Assembly (NCBI RefSeq): GCF_009914755.1 | Contig: NC_060947.1 | Direction: 5' to 3' (one strand) | DNA length: 64,000 bases | Origin: the human T2T-CHM13v2.0 reference genome, Homo sapiens | Part shown: in pieces, positions 16,684-32,211 of the stretch | Numbering within the stretch: the stretch's first letter is position 1 | Layout of the letters: each line of letters opens with the position of its first letter | The notes under the pieces: generated by a model | What the model was told of the DNA's origin: nothing | The model's database searches: none | Seen by the model: only the letters and a program-made list of their open reading frames with translations | Translations under genes and position numbers: made by a program

Positions 16684-17991
16684 CTACTTCCTCTTTCTTT
16701 GTGACTGTGTCTTCACTTTTCTCTTTAGCCCAGACTCCAAAAAGACACTCTCAGTATCACATTGAGGCTTATCGGCACCATACCCTGCACTTGTAGATTC
16801 ATTAATATTCTCCGAAGCAGACTGTTCATTGGAAGGTATCTGGTTAGAGCTATCTCTCACTGCAAATTTGGTGTTAGAAGGAATAGCAACCACTGCTCTT
16901 CTTTTTGTACTAGATTTTAAAGTAGAGTCTAAAGGCAAGACATTCAAAGGGATTATTTTCTTTTCCTTTGCAAGAGGGCTATATGAGGTTATAGAATAAT
17001 CCTCTAAAGTTTCCAGTAAACTTTCAGATACATGAGTTGGGTATTCTCCTGGGGAGATAGCGGAAGGGTTCCATGATGTGCCAATCTGAGTTTCTTTTTG
17101 CGGGGAGACCTTTGTTTCAAGTGTCCCTTTTGGCTGGCCAATCTTGTCTTCATGAAGATTGAAAAAATCTTGAAATTCATACCTCTTTTGAGGACTAAGT
17201 GAAGTTGTTAAAAGAGAACTTGCCAGTGGCTTCTGGCTGGCAGGGTCTTCTATGTTAGGCTTAGTGTCATTAGAGGAACTTTTCGCAAAAGAGGTCTCTG
17301 GCACTTCAAAGAGGCCTTGACTAAAAGATGGAGCTGGAAACTCTGAACTTTGTTGCAGTTCCTTTGTGCTCGTAGGTTTCATCTGCTTACTTTGTGACTG
17401 GCTTATCGATTTGATAGGCACATGCCTCTGCCTTCCTTGTGCAGGCTCCCTGACTGAAAAATCTGACATAGTCATTTGACTACCAGAAACGAAGTCATCA
17501 CTACCAGAAGTCTGAAATTGTTGTTGCCTCATTATTATTTTAGAAAGCCTTTTATTTTCTTCTCGTAATTTATTTGTTTCTTTAGTGAGTTCCGCAATAA
17601 AGAAAAGATTTTGTTGTTGGATTTCATAATAGTCTTTCTCTAGCGCAAGCCTGTATGTTTCTGTCATTGAACAGCAGTCACAGGTTTTTGCCTTTAACTG
17701 ATCTTTCAAGTCATTAATGGTGCTCTGCAGGACTCTCTGCTGTTTAGTCAACTCTTTAATTTTGGCTGTGGAGCCCGTCCGCCTCCCGTCTGACAATCGC
17801 TGTTTCCTCAGACTTGTTAATTTTGCCTGTAGACGCCGCAGCTCTTTATCATGGAGCTCTTTTAGCGCCAGCCATGTTTTTTTAAAATTGTCAGATTCCA
17901 AATCACATACACTAAGCCGTGATGATTCTCTTCCTGAAGATTTCTTACAACCTCTCCTCCCTCCTACACCCTCGTTCCCTGCCTGCATCAT
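16684..17991 (-). CDS. Intronless RBBP8/CtIP-derived ORF, 435 aa (CtIP N-terminal coiled-coil/oligomerisation domain plus low-complexity region), nested antisense in a DOCK11 intron
   Basis: By far the longest ORF in the window and free of repeats. FKKTWLALKELHDKELRRLQAKLTSLRKQRLSDGRR...LKAKTCDCC...IQQQNLFFIAELTKETNKLREENKRLS aligns to recalled CtIP [36 protein letters not shown]...LRAGLCDRC...[27 protein letters not shown]. ATG context aacATG has A at -3. Homology is confident; expression is not shown. Confidence 0.75.
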   Translation of the reverse strand: MMQAGNEGVGGRRGCKKSSGRESSRLSVCDLESDNFKKTWLALKELHDKELRRLQAKLTSLRKQRLSDGRRTGSTAKIKELTKQQRVLQSTINDLKDQLKAKTCDCCSMTETYRLALEKDYYEIQQQNLFFIAELTKETNKLREENKRLSKIIMRQQQFQTSGSDDFVSGSQMTMSDFSVREPAQGRQRHVPIKSISQSQSKQMKPTSTKELQQSSEFPAPSFSQGLFEVPETSFAKSSSNDTKPNIEDPASQKPLASSLLTTSLSPQKRYEFQDFFNLHEDKIGQPKGTLETKVSPQKETQIGTSWNPSAISPGEYPTHVSESLLETLEDYSITSYSPLAKEKKIIPLNVLPLDSTLKSSTKRRAVVAIPSNTKFAVRDSSNQIPSNEQSASENINESTSAGYGADKPQCDTESVFLESGLKRKVKTQSQRKRK

Positions 17992-18700
<709 letters not shown>

Positions 18701-19244
18701 TAATTTTTAAAACAAGTCAAATTTTGAGTCTATTTTCAGTTTTATTCTTGATGATTAGCATTTTGTAATAATTGAAACCTAGCAATATTCGTGGTCTTAT
18801 AAAACAATTGGAAAATTGGAAGTAACTAAGTCGACCTCCCCTGTTCCCTCATCCTCCTTGCCCCTCCATAAAGCCAACATTGTCTTGTCTTCCATCTTTA
18901 TCATTGAGAGGTTCTAGCTCAGTTGGGAATTAAGTCATTTGCCTGCTTTTGTGACACCTATGCGATTTTTACAGTTAGAGGAGGGTCTGCTGACACCATT
19001 AGCTCCATCAAAGTAGGATAAAAAAGGAGTGGAAAGTCAAGTGGTGGCACTGTTTGTTTTGTTTTGTTTTGTTTTAAATCTCACTAAGTAGGTGTGTTGG
19101 GGAAGAAATGGGTAAGAAAGAGAAGTATATGTGATAGATTTAAGAGACTTTTGTGTCTGAAATAGTTGTTCCACAGATAGATAGGACATCAGAATTTATA
19201 ATGCAAAGGCAGAGAGAAAAAGGAAAGTTATCTGTCTCTCCTGA

Positions 19245-19562
<318 letters not shown>

Positions 19563-19934
19563 CTGAAGTTTAAAATTCTTAAACCTTTTTATTCACAGAG
19601 CCCTCTGAGTAGCAGGCAACGGCATTTGACCTTCTCAGAAAAATGCACATAAACACACCATCTGGCATAAAATTTTAGGGAGTTCATTCAAAACACCTCA
19701 TCTAAAGTAAAAACACAGCAACTTCCCTTACTCTGTCTTCAGAAATGATACGAAGATTGGGATAAGCGACCCAAAAGGACATACACAAAGCACATAAAAA
19801 GGATCATTGATGCTGAACTAATTACCAATTAAATGATATATTTGGAATTAATTCAAAAGAATACAGAGTGTATACTGCGCAGTGGGAGGGGAGAGGAGAA
19901 TATAGATGAAACAAGATTCACCTTGAGTTGATAG

Positions 19935-20090
<156 letters not shown>

Positions 20091-20503
20091 TAAGTTATAT
20101 TAATTTATCTTCATATACTTTCCCCTTATTTGGGGAGAATTCAACTGTTACAATTTTTTCTGTTTTTAATAGCTTATTTGCTAATAATGTAGAAAATGTT
20201 AAATTATTTTGATAATATAGAGCCTGACATAGAGGTTCTTTACCTGCAGACAGAAGAAAAATGTGAACGTGGAATACTTTGTATACTGCTGAAACTCTAG
20301 CTAATAATAAACCATCTTTAAAGCCCAGCAAAAGGCTTTCTGTGATCTGAAAAACTAGAAGTAGTATCATCTGTCGTGCATCATTCATTTGGAACAGATG
20401 CTGGATTAGTGGAGCAGTGTAAATGATTGGAATTTAGAATTTGTACTTTCATGTAGAGCTGAGTAATTCTACCCACTGCAGAAATGTGTCTGTGTATTTG
20501 TGT

Positions 20504-20505
<2 letters not shown>

Positions 20506-20540
<35 letters not shown>
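20506..20540. repeat. (CA)n microsatellite
   Basis: About 17 AC units. Confidence 0.95.
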
Positions 20541-20543
<3 letters not shown>

Positions 20544-21150
20544 GTATATGTATGTATTCCAAGACTCTTGGGGGGAAACCTAGTCTGGACATGGGAAGTT
20601 GTCCTATATTTCATCCTGAGCTATTTTTATATGATTATTGGAAGCTAAAAGAAAAATTAGAGATAGAATGAAATGCAATAAATTTTTAAATAAATAGTAC
20701 ACGTATATGATTTGTATGTGCATGTCTACAAAAACAAAGCATATCAATACAAAACCCTTGGATTAAAGTCTTACAAACTTTTACGGAAAATGTCAGAAGA
20801 ATAAACAGCAGTTAAGATTTTTTTTTAACTACTGTAATTGTACTGAAATATTTACTAATGAAAATATCTGATGTTGGGGATTTGCTTTAGAAACACAGGG
20901 GTAGGGAGGGTGGAGGGATATCAGGGGACCTATTCAGGGCAGAGGTCAAACAAGAATAGCCATGAGTTCAATCATTGTTGAATCTGGGGGATGATTGGGT
21001 ATGTAGGAGTTAACTATGGTACTCTCCCTACTTTTGTACGCGTTTGAAATTTTTAATAATATAAAGTATTTTAATGCTATTATTTAAAATGTAGAAATTG
21101 CCCCAATTTTTAGTGTGGAAGAACCTTTTAGAGATATTATTGACTATGCT

Positions 21151-21450
21151 GGCGGGCCAGGCGTGGTGGCTCACGCCTGTAATCCCAGCACTTTGGGAAG
21201 CTGAGGCAGGAGGATCACTTGAGCCCAGGAGTTTGAGAGCAGCCTGGGCAACATAGTGAGACCTGATCTCTACAAAAAATAAAACATTAGCTGGGCATGG
21301 TGATGTGCACCTGTGGTTCCAGGTACTTGGGAGGCAGAGGTGAGAGAATAATTTGAGCCTGGGAGGTCGAGGCTGCAGTGAGCCGCGCATGATCATTCCA
21401 CTGCCTTCCAGCATGGGTGACAGAGCGAGGTCCTGTGTCAAAAATAAAAA
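21151..21450 (+). mobile_element. AluJ-like
   Basis: Alu consensus. Confidence 0.85.
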
Positions 21451-21756
21451 ATGACTGATGGAGACCTTTGCTATGATAAGTTACAGAGCATAAAGGGTGA
21501 TTTGCATTGACAGGTTTTTTAAACCTGTCATTAAAATTGTATATGAAAACATGATGTAATTGTAGCAAATAAATGTAGAAAGAGAATATGGCAAGCCCGC
21601 AATTAATTATCTATGTATTTCTGTATAGCAAAACACTTATCATTATAATATGATTTAAATAGGCTATTCTTTGTAACTTATGACTTTTAAAATATCACTT
21701 GTTAATCTGTAGAGGATGTTAATATATTACTAACATGCTATTGTTTTTCTTTCTAG

Positions 21757-21804
21757 AGTATGCTTGTTTCACTTTAGATATATGGGGAAAAGAAACATAG
21801 CAAG
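21757..21804 (+). CDS. DOCK11: DOCK11 exon (EVCLFHFRYMGKRNIAR)
   Basis: ttctag acceptor, gtaatt donor; 48 nt, phase 2->2; conserved DOCK-D FxYxGKR motif. Confidence 0.9.
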
Positions 21805-23076
21805 GTAATTCCCATAGCACTGCAATTTCTACTTTTTCCTTCTCTTCCAACAGAGGGCAATCTTAGTCATGCCATGTAAAACCTAGGTTGCATACTTTGA
21901 GTTAACATTGGGATACCGGTGATTTAGTTAACATGTCCCAATTGAAAGTTTAAACGAATGGGAACTTTTACATTTTCAAGCTTCCCAAGGAGTGATGATT
22001 AAAGTGATATACAGAGTTTCTACCTTGTGAGATGCTTATCTTTTCTAAAGGAATCCAGAAGAGGCTAGATCCAGGGGAAGGCAGGAAATCATAAAGTGAG
22101 GACAACTGTAAGGTCTGTATTTTTGTCTGAAAACTATCAATACTCACCTCAGTTACTAAAGCAAATAGAAATCCCCAACAGCAATTGGGACATAAATGAT
22201 ACATTATCTATTTCCTCTTTTTGCCATGTAAGTCCTAGTGAAATAAATACTTAAGGAAATATTTGAGAGATTCTAAGGTGAAGAAGGTTACTTGCTTATT
22301 TCAATGAGATGTATTTTAGGGGTAGAGTTAGTCATTAAAGGAGCTCAAAAACAGTTTTAAAAAATGTTTAATTTTTAAGAGGCTGTGTGGATGGGGATTA
22401 CTGTTCAGTCTCTGGAACGTCCTAAGGATAGGTAGTTTGGGTGGTGAGGGTTCCAATTTCAACCATGTTTTCCCATAAGTTGGAGCTGGTATGGCCATTG
22501 TTACCATGAACCTCAGTCTCTAGGATTCTGTCAACTCTCCCACTACGTTTACTAGAGGATAAACAAACTATTTCTTCCTTAGTCCATGTATGACCCAGTT
22601 GTAATTTTTTAAATGGAAACAACATTAAAGTAAAACAAAGAAAAGTTTGTTCATCTTAGCAATGGACATGCTTACAGAGTAAAAATTTCTAATCCAAACT
22701 TACCTCAGGTTCAGAAACAGATTAGATTGGCATTCATTCTTGAACATCTGGCTCTAGGAGTTTCCCCTCTCATTTCAACTCTTAGTGAACCTCTGGCTGT
22801 CTTCTTCCCACTCTTGCCCTTCCTCACCTCCTGTGAAAAGATTAAATCTTATTGGAGTGTTGGCCACTTATCTCTGATGTTTTTGAGAAGAAGGAGGGAA
22901 GTGGAAGCTCTTTCTAAATTCCTTAATTATATTCATATATGCTATTTTAAAGATACATTAAAACTTCATCCAGTTTCTAGTGACACTTCATTTAATCCTT
23001 GAGTGTACTACTATGTTTATGTGGAAACCTAATTTTTTTTAGTTAAAAAGATGATAACATTGAGATATGTTATTAG

Positions 23077-23259
<183 letters not shown>

Positions 23260-23310
23260 TGAAAATGTGTGTGTGGTACCCATTTGACCTTAAAGAAGTC
23301 CTGGTTTAAA

Positions 23311-23412
23311 TAATAAAAACTGAAGGTGATGGATACCATAAATACCTTGATCATTACACATTATATGCATGTAACAAAATATCACCTGTATCCCTTAAAT
23401 ATGTATGAAGAA
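23311..23412 (+). mobile_element. Very short 5'-truncated L1MA-like 3' end with intact TSDs
   Basis: ggtgatggatac...gatcattacacattatatgcatgtaacaaaatatcac; flanked by aaagaagtcctggtttaaa on both sides. Confidence 0.7.
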
Positions 23413-24466
23413 AAGAAGTCCTGGTTTAAATTGCCAATATGATGGGAAATGATTTCCCATACATGTGTTTGCATCTCTCTGCTATGTATATAATCAATTT
23501 CATCATACATGACTATAAAATGATAAAATACACATGGATTTTTGAACAATTTTAGGTCATGATGTTTTCTTCTTAGTGTTAAAGAAACTAAATTTTTCCC
23601 ATGGAATTGCTATTCTCATAATATTTTTATATTGAGTATTCTTCATTCCTACTGTTAGACTTCAATGCAAATATTGACATCTTAATATAATAGTATATGT
23701 AATATTTGTTTAGTTACTTTTGGTCATTTAATGATTAGGGAATGAACATGCTGAGTTGACTGCAGAAATCGGTGAATCCTAAATACTAGTTTGGCAAAGG
23801 TGTATTTCAGACAGGTTGAAGTATTGACAAGGCAAATAGGGCAAGGAGAGAAATCTTGCCCAACTGCGGAAGCTAGAGGGTTATATAAATGGAAGCTATC
23901 CTATGAAAAGCAAATATTAATAACAACTCAAAGAGTGAGAATGTTTTGTTTCCACACAGTCCTCTGAAGGTTTCAGAAAAGGAAGCCAGCAAAACTGGCT
24001 TTGTGGTAAGACCTAGTAATAAAAAATAATGTTTTGCTAGACCCTGAACTAATAGACTCAGGACCTTTAAATCTGCATGTTTTAAAGCCTTCAGCTTCTT
24101 GTAAAAATATGATGAACCACTTCCTTCAGTTGCCTCCAAGATACCTTGTTTTCCTTCTGATTTAGAAACAAATGTCATATAATTGGCATAATTGAAAATG
24201 TCTGACCATAGGGCACTACTGTTTATCTGTAGCTGAATTTCTATTTAGTGGTTTCTCATTTTTACCCACATAATTAGTGGCATGACTTAGAAGGCCTCCC
24301 ACATTATTTCCTAGTTACATCGCCAGAGTTCATCACTGAAACCTTGTCTCCAAAGAGGTGGGCACCTAATTATGTCCTGCAGAGCTGTTGATACAGAACT
24401 GTAATGAAAACTAATGAAATTGATTAACCCAGACTATATTTGATGAAGGAGTTAAATACAGTATGA

Positions 24467-24770
<304 letters not shown>

Positions 24771-24870
24771 AGCCCCCTTTCTTGTCTTAAGTCTTTGGGT
24801 AGAAAGTCATTCAACACCATTATGTGCATCTTCGTGTTGGGAAAAGTTTAATTTACTTTTTTAATCCTAG

Positions 24871-24986
24871 GTTCTACAACAACTGAAGCAGACATTTTCC
24901 ACCAGGCACTTCTTGAAGGCAATACAGCTACTGAAGTTTCCCTAACAGTACTAGACACCATATCATTTTTCACTCAGTGCTTCAAG
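24871..24986 (+). CDS. DOCK11: DOCK11 exon ([39 protein letters not shown])
   Basis: cctag acceptor, gtaaaa donor; 116 nt, phase 1->0; conserved LEGNxATEV motif. Confidence 0.92.
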
Positions 24987-25909
24987 GTAAAAATGAAGAG
25001 TTATAATTCAGTTGGTACCATTGCAAAGTAACATTATGCAGAAATTACCTAGTCAATGTGGGGTAGTACACTGAAAAAGGCTGGCATGAATAGTCAGGAA
25101 ATGTGGATGGCAGTTCTAGTTTGGTTATCATGTGACCCTGGAAGTCACTGAGACTCACTTGTGTCATCCATAAAGGGAAGGGAGTGGACTAACTTGCCCT
25201 TAAGCTCTCTTCTACCTCTTAAATTCTATTAGATTTTCGTATTTAAAAACAAAGTTTCCATACTTTAAGTAGCCAGCAATTTTTAGCCCAAAATATGATT
25301 GGATCTGTTTGCCCAAATACCCATTGTGATGAGATGTCCTGTCAGGGTAGATGATGTCCGGGCAGTCTGGCTGGCTTCCCTAGGCGCGCACTTAGTGTTT
25401 TTTCTCAGATGTTTGCCTCTCAGTGCAAATCATCATTGCTATGATTTTAAAAAGAAGGTAAAAGCAGTTATCTAGCAGGATTATTGGAGGGGGAAATGGG
25501 ATAATGGACGTGAGAGTGCTTTGAAAAGTAAAAACGGTGTGACCATAATGTAAGAACTCAAAGGTGAAAATCTTGCTTGCTTTCACTTCAGTTATACAGA
25601 TTTTTTTTTTCCTTTTTCCCCTCTTCTCTAAGTAATTAAGTTAATTGCTTCAGACCTCGAGATTTTCTATGGAAACCTGGCCTGTGCTTTTCAAAGAGGC
25701 TTATAAAGGAAAATTGAATTAGATACTAATATAAAATAGGCTGCAGAATACCTTTAATAAATAGGCTACAGATCCCTTTATGAAGTATTAGGTTTGTTCT
25801 ATATTAAAATGCAACACAACTCCATGTTTCATCGTGCCAATAACTAAGAAAGCCATTAGATCTCATGATGTACATTGTATTCCTTCCTCCTATTCTGATA
25901 CCTCTAATT

Positions 25910-26355
25910 TATTTAACAAACATTTATATAGTCTCTTGGTAGATATCAGGCACTGTCCTAAGTGCTTTACAAATATTAACTCACTTTTTCATTGTGAGGC
26001 TGGGAATGAGAAAGGGGAGTGATCTTTTTGAAACAATGGAAATGTTCTAAAATTGGATTGCGGTGGTCACCCAACTCTGTTGCCGAATTTACTAAATGTA
26101 ATTTAATTGTATACCTGAAACTGGTGAATTTTATGGTTTGTAAATTATATCTCAATAACTTAAAAATACAAATATGAACTCACTTTTAATCCTCATAATA
26201 GCCTTATGATGTAGATACTGTTATTATTCCCTTTTGATAATGGGGAAACTGGGGCCCACAGGAGGTTAATGTCAAATAGCTGGGCAGTGGCAGAATCAGG
26301 ATTGAGATCTAGGCCAGTTATAAGAGACCATGATTCTAGCCACTATACCATGCCT
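25910..26355. mobile_element. MIR interrupted by an L1 3' fragment (~25990-26165)
   Basis: aggcactgtcctaagtgctttaca...tttaatcctcataatagccttatga...gaaactg; L1-like aatgttctaaaattggattg...gtaaattatatctcaataa. Confidence 0.6.
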
Positions 26356-27137
26356 TGAAATATACTAAGGAAAGTGCCAGAAAAATCAAACACCATTCAG
26401 GGATTCTGGCTGTCAGTATTATCATTAGATTGTTGTTGTTTTGGGTTTTGTTGGTTTTGGCCAAGCTGTAACCTGCTGGTTACTTTCTTGAGGGTTAGCA
26501 GGATAGGGCTGGAGAAATTAACCATTGCTGATTAAAACAAAGTTGACAAACTAAAAGGTATTTCTCTACAATTTGTTGTTTCTTTGCAAGGGACATTTAA
26601 ACAATTTACATAGTCTGTTCAATTGTGATACCTGTTAATTATCTCTACTCATAGAGGGCTTATTTTTTCACAAATGGCTAACCATATACTAAACATACTT
26701 TTAAAGTAAATTAGATCATAATCTAATAAAATAGAACTGGTATTTTCCTTCATTCATACATTACAATATTTAGTCTCTCAGAAATACAAAGGCTGATTTG
26801 CTTGTATTCATTATTAATTTATTGATTTCTTAATTGAGAAGCAATATGGTATAGGTTAATAGAAAATACTCTTCCCATACTAGTCCTGTATATTGCTGTG
26901 TTGCATTGAAAAAAAATCTACCTGTTTAAAATGTTGGGATTAAATATTTTAGATATCATGTATGTAGTAGTTGTTTGAGATTTCCAAGTTGAAAGATGGC
27001 ACAAATATTTTGAAATTATATGCAAGAGCCTTTTATTTTCCTGAAACTTCCAAACAGTGGTTTCATAAACAGGTATTGGTGAAATCAGTTCTGTCATTCT
27101 CAGTGGGGCATAAACCATATTTTTTAATGTTTTATAG

Positions 27138-27377
<240 letters not shown>

Positions 27378-28179
27378 TGAAGCCATTAAGTACTGCCTTT
27401 GTAAATAGAAATACAGAACAACAAAGCACACACAGAGGGCCTACCATGAACCCCCTCAAATCAGAAGCTACTTTTTATTTCACCCCATCATACCTTCCCT
27501 TTTCCATTAAGCTCCTTTGAAGAATATCGTTTTAAAATTACCAAACCTGCCAGTTCTCTATTTTGCTTCTTTTTAAAAGTATTGTCATGTTGGAGGTATA
27601 TAAGCCATGAGTGCACTCATGTCTAAACACTTTGAAAGGATCCAACTTTTGTAATCCCAGGGTCTTGTATAATATCTTGGAAATGGTAAGCACTCAGTAC
27701 ATGTTCAAATGGATGAATCCTGCCTTTCAATGCTAGCCATAACTGAGGGCCCTAAATGTGCAGTCCACTTACCTCAGCTAAACAATAACCTCAGACTTGG
27801 CTTTTAGGAAGAAATATGACTGAAACAGACAGCAAAGATTTATTTTCTGTGCTCAGGGGCTTTTTAAACTTAAGAATAAACATAATTAACCAAGATAGAG
27901 CCAAGGTTATGGAAAGGCACAGTCCAGATCTTCCACTGGTTTATGTAACTACAATAAGACAAAGAAATTCAGTTTCTTTATTTGTGTAATAGGCTAGCTA
28001 AGCTTTGAAAACTTTTTGCCATCCTCATTATTTAGATAGCAGCCAATTGTGTTTAATAGATACAGAAATTAGATGAATTTGAAGCTTTTTATTGCCATTC
28101 TTTAATATAATTTATGAATTAATCTATGGGAAGCCAAGTTCAACACAAGCATGTTACAAAAACTAAGGGAAAGAGATTC

Positions 28180-30310
<2,131 letters not shown>

Positions 30311-30820
30311 GAAGACTTAGTGTAGTGATGAGCTACACTATAGCTATGATCTCCCTTAAATGTTTATTTTCATACCAGAGTATCTGCTTCATCCAGAGTT
30401 AGTTTAGTTTGGTGAAATTATTAGCGAGATTTCCCAATTCCCAATCAGAAAACATTTATTAAGCATTCATTATCTGCATAGAATTACACTTGGTATTAAG
30501 GTGAAATAAAGGGTAGATTCCTATATGTGGGTCTAAATTCAAGGTTCCTAAGAAATAATTTTTAAAAGATGTCCCTCTAGCTTCACTCTCTGAAAAACAT
30601 CTATTGTGTATCCTGAAGCAGCTTGTTATTTGCTTGCCTAGACCTAAAAGCATGGGAAATTGTAACAAGTCTGTTACCTGTATATTGTGTCTTCCACAAA
30701 GCAGACTGAATACATTCTTAAAGGAACAGGCCACTTGTCTCTTTTGATAATTAGTCACTTTCTTACTCCTTTTCTATGCTAAAATGTATCTTAACTATCA
30801 GTGTTTATGTGAAGAGGATA

Positions 30821-30845
30821 TGTGTGTGTGTGTGTGTGTGTGTGT
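30821..30845. repeat. (TG)n microsatellite
   Basis: About 12 TG units just left of the palindrome. Confidence 0.9.
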
Positions 30846-31067
30846 ATCTCCTATATCCCATTTGTTAAAAGATGAACTTCACTTGCTGAGTAGATTTTAG
30901 CTATAATTTTCTCAGCACGTTGATGTTCACAATAAAGGAACTGTTGAAATATAAAGCAAAAGAGTAAGTAATGAAAATTGACCTTCCCATTTTTAAGCCC
31001 CCATTTGAGACCCATCATTCATCATTTCAGGCATTCTTTCAAAACATATTGAGAACCTGCTTACTGT

Positions 31068-31133
31068 ATTATGGCGGTGCAAAAGTAATTGCTACTATAT
31101 CACTATATAGTGGCAAAAACCGCAATTACTTTT
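31068..31133 (+). mobile_element. MADE1 (Hsmar1 mariner MITE), truncated, left arm
   Basis: ggtgcaaaagtaattgc...tggcaaaaaccgcaattactttt matches the MADE1 terminal inverted repeat. Confidence 0.8.
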
Positions 31134-31987
31134 ATATATATTATATTATTATATAATATATTATATAATAATATAATATATAATATTATATATTATATAT
31201 GTTATTATATATTAATATAATATATTAACATATAATATATCTTATATATTAATATATAAATATAATATATAAGATATATTATATGTTAATATATTATATG
31301 TTTATATATTATATATTAATAATTATTATATAATATTATATTATAATATAATATATAATAATATAATATATAATAATTAATATAATATAATATGATATAT
31401 AATAATATATAATATATTATAATATATAATAATATATAATATATTATAATATATATAATAATATATAATATATTATTATAATATAATATTTAATATATAT
31501 TATAATATAATATTTAATAACATGTAATATATAATATTTAATAATATATCATGTATTATATATTATAATATAATATATAATAAATAATATATTTTATAAT
31601 ATATAATAATATATAATATATTATTATATATAATATATAATAATATATAATATATTATTATATATAATATATAATAATATATAATATATTATTATATATA
31701 ATATATAATAATATATAATATATTATTATAATATATAATATAAATTATAATATTATATAATAATATAATATATAATATATAATATAAATTGTAATATATA
31801 TAATATAAATTGTAATATTATACAATATAATATATAAATTGTAATATTATACAATATAATATATAAATTGTAATATTATATAATATAATATATAAATTAA
31901 TATATAATAATATAATATATAATATAATAGTAATATATAATAATATAATATATAATATAATATTATATAATAATATAATATATATAT

Positions 31988-32053
31988 AAAAGTAATTGCG
32001 GTTTTTGCCACTATATAGTGATATAGTGGCAATTACTTTTGCACCGCCATAAT
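31988..32053 (-). mobile_element. MADE1 (Hsmar1 mariner MITE), truncated, right arm
   Basis: aaaagtaattgcggtttttgcca...gcaattacttttgcacc. Confidence 0.8.
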
Positions 32054-32211
32054 ACAGTAAGCAGGTTCTCAATATGTTTTGAAAGAATGCCTGAAATGAT
32101 GAATGATGGGTCTCAAATGGGGGCTTAAAAATGGGAAGGTCAATTTTCATTACTTACTCTTTTGCTTTATATTTCAACAGTTCCTTTATTGTGAACATCA
32201 ACGTGCTGAGA

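Larger units (their letters stand above)
30910..32211. repeat. Large palindrome: ~224 bp inverted arms (30910-31133 / 31988-32211) around an ~850 bp almost pure A/T core
   Basis: Arms are reverse complements with one visible mismatch. The ORF track gives the same peptide (MKIDLPIFKPPF...) on opposite strands at 30971(+) and 32150(-). Confidence 0.95.

Noticed and set aside
16684-17991. Calling the nested ORF RBBP8 or RBBP8NL itself
   Set aside because: Both are multi-exon autosomal genes. This ORF is intronless, highly diverged and inside DOCK11, so no gene symbol is assigned.
31134-31987. Repeated AT units resembling a spaced repeat array
   Set aside because: Low-complexity minisatellite without unique spacers in eukaryotic DNA; not a CRISPR array.
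30971-32150. Identical peptide MKIDLPIFKPPF... on both strands
   Set aside because: A by-product of the inverted duplication that runs into MADE1 and AT repeat. Used as evidence for the palindrome, not as a gene.
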